Under the pieces are notes generated by a model. The model did not search any database. It was given only the letters and a program-made list of their open reading frames with translations, and was not told where the DNA came from. Source: Candidatus Heimdallarchaeota archaeon (GTDB lineage: Archaea > Asgardarchaeota > Heimdallarchaeia > Heimdallarchaeales > Heimdallarchaeaceae). From it: a DNA stretch of 24,082 nucleotides. Location: assembly GCA_016840095.1 (NCBI GenBank), contig JAEOSZ010000064.1:1-24082 (forward strand), read 5' to 3'. Positions 17,784 through 24,082 of the stretch are shown here, piece by piece (position 1 is the first letter of the stretch; each line of letters begins with the position of its first letter). The position numbers and the translations under genes were made by a program.

Positions 17784-17798
17784 GTGAAAAAAATGAAA
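17784..17798 (-). terminator. U-rich terminator after 17819..18097
   Basis: Minus strand TTTCA-T7-CAC about 20 nt after the stop; the same pattern occurs at 18128..18145. Confidence 0.45.
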
Positions 17799-17818
17799 GA
17801 AGATTTCAAATAGATTTA

Positions 17819-18097
17819 CTATTGTCTAAAATCTTCAGCTTGGAATATTCCTATGGGATAAATACCTTCAGTAGGTAAATTCGGAATCTTATCAATTATA
17901 GCTTTTATCGCATCAATGTTTTTTGCATCCCATTGACAAAGAATCTTTTTGATATGACCTTCTTCATTTAAGATAGCCCAGCTTTTAACCCAGTAAGCAT
18001 CGGCATTACATAATCCTTTAACTCCTTGACCTATAGGAGTTGCAGCTTCTACAGGAGCTGGTTCTGGGAAGGGGTGTATTGCTAGAAATTTTGGCAT
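17819..18097 (-). CDS. DUF4242-like small alpha/beta protein
   Basis: MPKFLAIH...WVKSW...ILCQWDA.N.DAI...P..GIY pattern; GAGGT ribosome site. Confidence 0.6.
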   Translation of the reverse strand: MPKFLAIHPFPEPAPVEAATPIGQGVKGLCNADAYWVKSWAILNEEGHIKKILCQWDAKNIDAIKAIIDKIPNLPTEGIYPIGIFQAEDFRQ

Positions 18098-18127
18098 GTT
18101 TTTAACCTCTTTTTTTGTCTTGTTTTG

Positions 18128-18145
18128 GTGAAAAAAAAAATGAAA
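18128..18145 (-). terminator. U-rich terminator after 18164..18760
   Basis: Minus strand TTTCA-T10-CAC about 19 nt after the stop. Confidence 0.45.
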
Positions 18146-18163
18146 AGGTGATTTTGCATTCTA

Positions 18164-18760
18164 TTATACTATTGTGAACCAAATATCATCAGGTGGTGTA
18201 ATGAAATTAGGAATTGGTTCTGGGAATAAACCCATAGGATTCATCCAATAATATGTGACTAAGTGGTAGTCACCAGGTTCAAGTACTCCAGGTTTAAATA
18301 AAGTTCCAACGTTAAACCACCATAACATAGGATCACCATTGGAATCAATACAATGACTCCTCTTAATTGGCGTATATGTCATTTCCAGTGGTTCACCATT
18401 CAGAGTAGCAGTAGTAGTAAACCAAGATAAATAATCCTTACATCCTTCGTTAATATTATCATAAGTGAATATAACTCCAAAATAATAATACATGAGGAAT
18501 ACTGCTAATTCAAGTACTGCTTCAGTTACATAAATAGCCCCATAAATACCATGAGCATCCTCATAACAGTAAGTCATACCATCAAACCAAGGGACAATTC
18601 TTCCAGCTGTTGTTTTTCTATCCTTACCACTTAGGAATGTATTAAAGCAAGATTTAACTTCACCATAAGTAACGTAGTCATTAGCAGCAGCAACAGGAAG
18701 TAGTCCAAAGAGTATAACGCAAAATGCACTCAGAAAGATTACAGTTTTTTTCTTGTTCAT
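18164..18760 (-). CDS. Secreted protein of unknown function
   Basis: Start moved to ATG 18760 (GGAGG upstream). Signal peptide MNKKKTVIFLSAFCVILFGLLPVAAA; no C-terminal anchor. Confidence 0.75.
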   Translation of the reverse strand: MNKKKTVIFLSAFCVILFGLLPVAAANDYVTYGEVKSCFNTFLSGKDRKTTAGRIVPWFDGMTYCYEDAHGIYGAIYVTEAVLELAVFLMYYYFGVIFTYDNINEGCKDYLSWFTTTATLNGEPLEMTYTPIKRSHCIDSNGDPMLWWFNVGTLFKPGVLEPGDYHLVTYYWMNPMGLFPEPIPNFITPPDDIWFTIV

Positions 18761-18782
18761 TTTTTTGCCTCCAAAGCGATAT

Positions 18783-18862
18783 GAAACATTTTTCGACACA
18801 CCTATGTGCCCATATGTGTTACATATATATGTGACAAAACAAGACACATATAAAAATGTTTC
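18783..18862. repeat. Nested inverted repeats overlapping the promoter/leader of 18164..18760
   Basis: GAAACATTTTT (18783..18793) with AAAAATGTTTC (18852..18862); TGTTACATATATATGTGACA near-palindrome (18817..18836); ATATGTGT (18812..18819) with ACACATAT (18844..18851). Confidence 0.75.
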
Positions 18863-18900
18863 TCAAAAATGTAGCAGAATTTCAAAACAAAAGAGAAAAA

Positions 18901-19314
18901 TTATACTCGTTCTTTTTCAGCTGTTGAGATTCTTGTCTCTTCTGTTGCCTTTGTTTCACTTGAAACTTCTGTAACCAAAGGTAATGAGGGAAGTTTATCT
19001 ATTCCAGCTTCTTTCATGAATTTCTTGTAGAGATCTGTTAAGAAGAATTCTTTAAGTTTATACCAAGAAGTTTGAATTAATATGGGGAAATCCTCAACAT
19101 CCAGTAAACACTTGTGTGCATCCAACTTCTCCTTTTTATTTATTTCTCCACATTTCAAACAGTATTTCCATCTTGCAGGATGTATGTGTAATTCGTTGTT
19201 TGTTTTTACATATAGTACTAAACCTTCATTAAACGATATTCTCCACAGTGAAGTAGCATATTGCTTAGATAATTCTCTGATTTGTGATTTCTCAGCATCT
19301 GTTATATCTGGCAA
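18901..19314 (-). CDS. Uncharacterised putative Zn-binding protein (CxxC...HxC), paralog B, with Glu/Thr-rich tail
   Basis: TTG start at 19314 (AGGTGG upstream) gives MPDITD, identical to the paralog A N-terminus. ARWKYCLKCGEI...HKC...DFPILIQTSW. Confidence 0.75.
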   Translation of the reverse strand: MPDITDAEKSQIRELSKQYATSLWRISFNEGLVLYVKTNNELHIHPARWKYCLKCGEINKKEKLDAHKCLLDVEDFPILIQTSWYKLKEFFLTDLYKKFMKEAGIDKLPSLPLVTEVSSETKATEETRISTAEKERV

Positions 19315-19329
19315 GGGATATACCACCTG

Positions 19330-19357
19330 TATGTGTACTAGAATCTGACACATATAA
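19330..19357 (-). promoter_or_regulatory. Promoter/operator motif shared with 18843..18853
   Basis: GACACATATAA at 19347..19357 is identical to 18843..18853; TATGTGT-N11-ACACATA inverted repeat at 19330..19354. Confidence 0.55.
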
Positions 19358-19460
19358 TAAACCTTTTGGAAAATAAAATTTTCGTTACTTCTTGAAAGTT
19401 TTCAGAAAGGATTATAAAACTTGAAGAGATAACATTTTGATTGAATACTGTGAGTAAAAG

Positions 19461-21383
19461 ATGAAAGGAATTTTCAGTAAAGAACTAGAAGAAATAGAAA
19501 TACTAATTGATAGAGGAAAATATAATCTAGCTCTAAAAAAGATTGATTCGACATCATCTCAGAAAGCAATTTTGGAAATAGAAAAGATAAAGGGTAGTAT
19601 ATTAAAAAGTAGAGTATATTCTGAAATATCAAAATACACAGAAGCAATAAAACTAAGCGAGGAAGCTTTTGAGGAAAGTAAAAAGATAGACCATAAGTTC
19701 CTAATGTTTGATTCTCTAGAATTTTCTCCTTACATATACTTTCTTGCTGGAGAATATGAAATGAGAAAGGAAAAAATCAAACTTGCAGGTCAAATACTTG
19801 ACTCTATTGAAGATAAAGACTCTTCTGAATATCTTCTCAGAGAGGCTATATTTCGGAATATGAAAGCTCATAGTTTTGAACAAACAATAGAAGGTTCTGA
19901 AAAAAGCATTGAACTCTCAAAAAAACTTGGAAATGATAAATTATTAGCTGATTCATATCATGCACTAGCTTGTACTTATAATTGGGCTGGAGATATCACT
20001 AAATCTATTAAACTACTTCAACAATCAATAGAGATTTCTAGAGAAATCGAGTATTATTGGGGAATCACCGGAGGTATTTTTAGTTTAGCTGTTTTTTATA
20101 TGCATAAAGGAGAACTAGAATTAGCTCTGGACTATTTACTTCAAACTAAAGCATTAATAGAAGATGGTGAGGATATTTATTTCAAAGCTTGTTTATTTCT
20201 GGATTTGGGGTATTTATATTGGTTAAAAAGAGATCTTAAATTCTCACTTGACCACTATAGGATATCTTTTTCAGCTTTCAAGGAATCTAAAGTTGTAAGT
20301 ACTCGTCATCTACCTTGGACCCTGTTTCGAATGAACTTAGTTCTTATTGAAATGGAACAATATGAAGAAGCATACAAGAATCTTGAACAGATTGAGCTCT
20401 TATCTCTAATGAAAGATACACCAATTTTCAGACTAATCCATTATCTTGCGAAAGCTGTTCTTCTTAAAACTAAAACAGATGATGATAGCTGGAATGAAGC
20501 TAAACTTCTACTAGAAGAGGTTGCTGATGAAGAACTTGCATACTTAGAATTAAATGGTTTAGTAATTTTTCATTTATGTGATGTATACCTTAAAAATATA
20601 CAAAAAACTAATGATTTGGAATCTTATGGAAAGTTAAAAAATAGGATTCAAAAATTATCAGAAATGGCAAAAGAACAGAGATCAAATATTCTACTTGTTC
20701 AATCTTTATTCTTGCAGTCAAAACTAAAGCTTATTGATTTAGATATTCAAAGAAGTCAATCCTTACTAGAAAAGGCGCAGTTTATTGCTGAAGAGAAAGG
20801 AATAATTAAGCTTGCTAAGGTTGTATCAAATGAATATGATATTCTTCTAGATCAATTAAATACTTGGGAAGATATGTCAAAATATTTGCCAAGTCTGGAA
20901 GAAAGGTTTGAATTTACTCACATAGAAGATTATCTAAATAGAATGATGAGGGATTATATTATACATGAAAGTATTGAGGATGAAAAGGAGTCACCTCAGT
21001 TTTTCCTTATATTAAATAAAGAAGGTTCTACACTTTTCTCTGAGCAATTCAACGATTTAAAGCTAGAAAACGAACTACTTCAAGGCATTTTATCAACGGT
21101 TGATGTTTTCAAATTAGATGAATCTCTGACTTCTGAATCAATAAAGAGAGTAAAATATCGAAACTATACTCTTGCAATCAATTTTCAAAGAGATCTACTA
21201 CTTATATATGCCTTTATTGGAAAGTCTTATCATGCTTTGAAGAAGCTCAGATCCCTTATAGATGAGTTTAAGACATTTACAGGACACTGGAATGTTTTCT
21301 TTGAAAAGATTAAGTATAACAAAGAGTTAACATTCTTTGATAGGAAGCAACTATCTGAATATCTAGAAAGCATCTTTATATGA
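19461..21383 (+). CDS. Tetratricopeptide-repeat protein with C-terminal longin-like domain
   Basis: Helical repeats (LADSYHALACTYNWAGDITKSIKLLQQSIEI; LAVFYMHKGELELALDYL; LGYLYWLKRDLKFSLDHY). C-terminal region FFLILNKEGSTLFSEQF...LLQGILSTV...IKRVKYRNYTLAI...LLLIYAFIG fits a beta-beta-alpha-beta-beta-beta-alpha pattern. Confidence 0.8.
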   Translation: MKGIFSKELEEIEILIDRGKYNLALKKIDSTSSQKAILEIEKIKGSILKSRVYSEISKYTEAIKLSEEAFEESKKIDHKFLMFDSLEFSPYIYFLAGEYEMRKEKIKLAGQILDSIEDKDSSEYLLREAIFRNMKAHSFEQTIEGSEKSIELSKKLGNDKLLADSYHALACTYNWAGDITKSIKLLQQSIEISREIEYYWGITGGIFSLAVFYMHKGELELALDYLLQTKALIEDGEDIYFKACLFLDLGYLYWLKRDLKFSLDHYRISFSAFKESKVVSTRHLPWTLFRMNLVLIEMEQYEEAYKNLEQIELLSLMKDTPIFRLIHYLAKAVLLKTKTDDDSWNEAKLLLEEVADEELAYLELNGLVIFHLCDVYLKNIQKTNDLESYGKLKNRIQKLSEMAKEQRSNILLVQSLFLQSKLKLIDLDIQRSQSLLEKAQFIAEEKGIIKLAKVVSNEYDILLDQLNTWEDMSKYLPSLEERFEFTHIEDYLNRMMRDYIIHESIEDEKESPQFFLILNKEGSTLFSEQFNDLKLENELLQGILSTVDVFKLDESLTSESIKRVKYRNYTLAINFQRDLLLIYAFIGKSYHALKKLRSLIDEFKTFTGHWNVFFEKIKYNKELTFFDRKQLSEYLESIFI

Positions 21384-21399
21384 AAAACAATACTATAAC

Positions 21400-21440
21400 A
21401 TTTTTTAAAGCAGTAAAAATAGTTTTATCCTTTAAAAAAT
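21400..21440. terminator. Hairpin between convergent genes, probable bidirectional terminator
   Basis: ATTTTTTAAAG (21400..21410) pairs with CTTTAAAAAAT (21430..21440); inner TAAAA/TTTTA stem. Confidence 0.5.
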
Positions 21441-21640
21441 TACTTTCCTATTTCTCTTAAATTTTTTTTGATCGTATGACTTTGAAAACTACTCTTGAAG
21501 AAGTTGGATCTGGTCAGTGAATGAATTTACCGGTCTTTAACCATTGTTCTGCGAGTTTTGGTATCGTTTGATAATCAATATCCTTCTTTTCTAACTCATT
21601 CTTTTTTGGTTCCATCAGATTACTCTTCTATATCAATATA

Positions 21641-22135
21641 TTAGCTACTGAGGGGGGTTTCATTAATAATATGACCAAATTGGGAAGCTTTCCTTAGCTT
21701 AGGTTTAAAGAAACCTTTGAATTTAGCTTGACCAATAATATTAGCTCCTGCATCTTCAATTGTTTTTTCCATCAATTCAAGTGTTTTCTTTCCAGTAATA
21801 CTGCAAGTAACAAATATTGCGACTTTTTGTTCCTTGATATTAACTCTCTTTACAATTTCATAAAAAGCACTAGGAGGGTTGTCTCCATAAGTAGGCATAC
21901 CGAAAATAATCAAATCATAATCCTGATCTATATTTTCTAGTTCACTTAACTCTCGCTCTATTGTAGAGAAATCACCCTTATTATGTTGATTTTGTATACT
22001 TACTTTCATTCCAAAAGTACCTTGAAGTTCAAATGGGAAATAGTCTACTTCGAAATTAGTCAAAGTACTTCCTATAACTTTAGCTGTTTTCTTTGTTCTA
22101 CCTAGTGAAGTAAAGTAAATGATTGAAGCTTTCAT
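21641..22135 (-). CDS. Flavodoxin family protein (paralog B)
   Basis: IIYFTSLGRTKKTA, DQDYDLIIFGMPTYG, GFFKPKL; colinear with 16812..17303. Confidence 0.85.
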   Translation of the reverse strand: MKASIIYFTSLGRTKKTAKVIGSTLTNFEVDYFPFELQGTFGMKVSIQNQHNKGDFSTIERELSELENIDQDYDLIIFGMPTYGDNPPSAFYEIVKRVNIKEQKVAIFVTCSITGKKTLELMEKTIEDAGANIIGQAKFKGFFKPKLRKASQFGHIINETPLSS

Positions 22136-22199
22136 TAGGTCTATGTAATAAATAGATTATATATAGATATGTTTTCGATTATACAAATAGTATTTTTCT

Positions 22200-22469
22200 T
22201 CATGTATAATTGATTTCATTGATTCTTAGTAGTTTAAATATGAAGTCTTGCATTTTATCATTAATGTATATTATTGAAGAACGCATATCTTCAAAATTAG
22301 GACGCTTAATTATTAATCCCTTTTCTAATAAGGTTCTAATTGTGTATCTAATAGCTCGTGGTTTTTTGTCATTTAGTGTATCTATTAATTGTATCTGAGT
22401 TAGTCCCCCTCTATTCTCCAAAGCTTTGATAATATCAATCGAACCTTTGGGCAATCTTAATTCTTTCAT
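22200..22469 (-). CDS. Winged helix-turn-helix (MarR-like) transcriptional regulator
   Basis: LTQIQLI...RAIRYTIRTLLEKGLIIKRPNFEDMRSSIIY, with the DxR wing motif. Confidence 0.8.
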   Translation of the reverse strand: MKELRLPKGSIDIIKALENRGGLTQIQLIDTLNDKKPRAIRYTIRTLLEKGLIIKRPNFEDMRSSIIYINDKMQDFIFKLLRINEINYT

Positions 22470-22711
22470 AATATCAATCTCAACATCTTAAAATTAGCTT
22501 CGCGATTAAAACACCACTAAAAGTCTAATTATTCTATACTATTTTTTTAATTATATAAATGTTTTTTAGAAACAATAATAATAGACATATTTTTTTAAAA
22601 AAAAACAATGTTTTTCAAATGAAGACAGAAATAATTATTTAAATAACAAATTAAAATTAAGTATTTTAAGAACAAAAAATGTTAAAAAACTCATAATTAC
22701 TAATCCTCAAC

Positions 22712-23953
22712 TTAATCACTAGCGGGTATTGTAATAGGAATCTTCTTTTTATTTTGATCAAAGTTTGTAGAATTATTTGATTTAGAAAGATTTTTGTTTG
22801 TTCTTTCTTTATCAAAATTCAACCTTTGTATGGGTTTCTTAGTGAAATCTTCTATTTCGCGAAGCACTTCCATTTGTTCATTTGCAACAAGCGAAATTGC
22901 TTTACCTTCATTTTCCATTCTAGAAGTTCGACCAATTCTATGAACATATATTTCTGGTCCTTCTCTTGGTAAATCATAATTGAAAATATGAGTGACATGA
23001 GGGATATCTAGTCCTCTTGCTGCAACATTTGTAGCTATCAAGCAATTAATTTTCTTTTCTCTAAAACTTCTCAAGACATATTCCCGTTGTCCTTGTGTCT
23101 TATCTCCATGTAATGTATCAAATCTTAGACGCAGTCCATTTACTTGAGATAAACGCTTTTTTAGTTTATCTGCTGATCTCCTTGTATTAACAAAGACAAT
23201 TGCAGATTTAGGACGTTCTCTCCTTAGTATAGAAAGAAATATTGAATATCTCTTTTCAGGTTTGATTCTGTAATAATACTGTCTGCAGTTTTCTACAGTT
23301 ATATCATCTTTACTTACATTTATCTCAACTAAACTTTCACCATTACTAAACTGATGAGCTATTTTTCTTATCTGTTTAAGCATAGTAGCTGAAAAGAGTA
23401 ATAGCCGCGGAAAGACATCTCTCATTGCATCAAAAAGAATGAACTGAATATCAGGTAAGAAACCCATATCAAGCATTCTATCGGCTTCATCTAGAACAAC
23501 AAATCTTACATTTCTAAAAGAAATAGACTTTCTTCTATAAAGATCCATTAGTCTTCCTGGAGTTGCTATGACAATCTGTGCTCCATCTTTTATTTCTCTT
23601 CTTTGTCGCTCGATAGAGACTCCACCATAAATCTCCACTGTCTTCAATTTTCTGTACTTATTCAATTTAGTAACTACACTGTATACTTGTTTACACAATT
23701 CACGTGTTGGTACTAATACAACAGCTTGAACAGCTTTTAATTTAGGGCTAATCTGGTTAGTAATTGGAATAGAAAAAGCTAAAGTTTTTCCTGTTCCTGT
23801 CTTAGCTTGACCAAGAATATGTGTTTTCCCATTATCTAGAAGTCTTGGTATTGCTTTACTCTGAATTTTAGTAGGAGTATATATACCCATATCATCCAGA
23901 GCACGTTTTATATGCGGATTTATATTATAATCTTGAAATTTCATTGATACCAC
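22712..23953 (-). CDS. DEAD-box ATP-dependent RNA helicase (DeaD/CshA-like)
   Basis: Q motif PTKIQ, AKTGTGKT, PTREL, TPGRL, DEAD, SAT, ARGLD, HRIGRTSR. The start could be GTG 23953 or ATG 23944. Confidence 0.95.
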   Translation of the reverse strand: MVSMKFQDYNINPHIKRALDDMGIYTPTKIQSKAIPRLLDNGKTHILGQAKTGTGKTLAFSIPITNQISPKLKAVQAVVLVPTRELCKQVYSVVTKLNKYRKLKTVEIYGGVSIERQRREIKDGAQIVIATPGRLMDLYRRKSISFRNVRFVVLDEADRMLDMGFLPDIQFILFDAMRDVFPRLLLFSATMLKQIRKIAHQFSNGESLVEINVSKDDITVENCRQYYYRIKPEKRYSIFLSILRRERPKSAIVFVNTRRSADKLKKRLSQVNGLRLRFDTLHGDKTQGQREYVLRSFREKKINCLIATNVAARGLDIPHVTHIFNYDLPREGPEIYVHRIGRTSRMENEGKAISLVANEQMEVLREIEDFTKKPIQRLNFDKERTNKNLSKSNNSTNFDQNKKKIPITIPASD

Positions 23954-24082
23954 TTTTATAGTTTAACCTAAAATCAAGTATCAATTACTGAAGGCATGAT
24001 TCTAAGTAATTATTTGGACGTTGAAAAAAACTTAACAAATAATCACTTATTTTTAATCTTCCTCAACTACAAGAGTTCTTAT

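Noticed and set aside
21400-21516. Selenocysteine recoding of the TGA at 21514..21516 with the downstream hairpin as a SECIS
   Set aside because: The hairpin is almost all A/U and lacks the SECIS GA motifs, and the peptide has no redox-motif context; a terminator explains it better.
861-22398. Short tracked ORFs such as 861..1079, 1454..1636, 2681..2947, 3503..3724, 4061..4246, 4672..4881, 5731..6129, 6785..6994, 7749..7955, 8422..8682, 10545..10760, 10919..11146, 11094..11291, 11447..11653, 13231..13509, 13534..13734, 14409..14753, 15598..15798, 18753..18974, 19082..19348, 21728..21940, 22210..22398
   Set aside because: They are antisense or out-of-frame shadows of well-supported genes and carry no recognisable motifs.
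3535-23953. ltrA plus the DEAD-box helicase as a cold-adaptation locus
   Set aside because: They are 18 kb apart, both families are widespread, and no shared regulatory element is visible.
1-24082. tRNA, rRNA, CRISPR array, transposase, integrase or replication origin
   Set aside because: No GC-rich structured segments, regularly spaced repeats, recombinase motifs, origin recognition boxes or cdc6 gene were seen.

Overview
An AT-rich, gene-dense window with about 24 genes. No rRNA, tRNA, CRISPR array, integrase or transposase was seen. Promoters look archaeal (A-rich BRE plus TATA about 22-35 nt before many starts, GGTGA/GGAGG ribosome sites, U-rich terminators). Together with a TPR plus longin-like protein and membrane-anchored beta-helix surface proteins, this suggests an Asgard archaeon (Heimdallarchaeia-like); that assignment is inference. 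Contents: (1) three paralogous surface glycoproteins (beta-helix head, DxDGD Ca-binding repeats, C-terminal TM anchor), a fourth anchored surface protein, and a chimeric methyltransferase remnant carrying a surface-gene promoter; (2) a run of enzymes and a transporter: LtrA, SDR, aldo/keto reductase, MFS, LLM oxidoreductase, MBL hydrolase, APH-like kinase; (3) a TMEM185/Fragile-X-F-like mini membrane protein converging on a 3-ketosteroid-delta1-dehydrogenase (KstD) homolog with an intact catalytic motif set; (4) a SAM methyltransferase bracketed by an exact 20-bp direct repeat; (5) an uncharacterised module of two flavodoxin paralogs, two paralogs of an unrecognised CxxC-HxC metal-binding protein, a DUF4242-like protein, a secreted protein and a TPR-longin protein, where two promoters share an 11-bp motif; (6) a winged-helix regulator and a DEAD-box helicase. 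All calls come from motifs read by eye; no searches were run.
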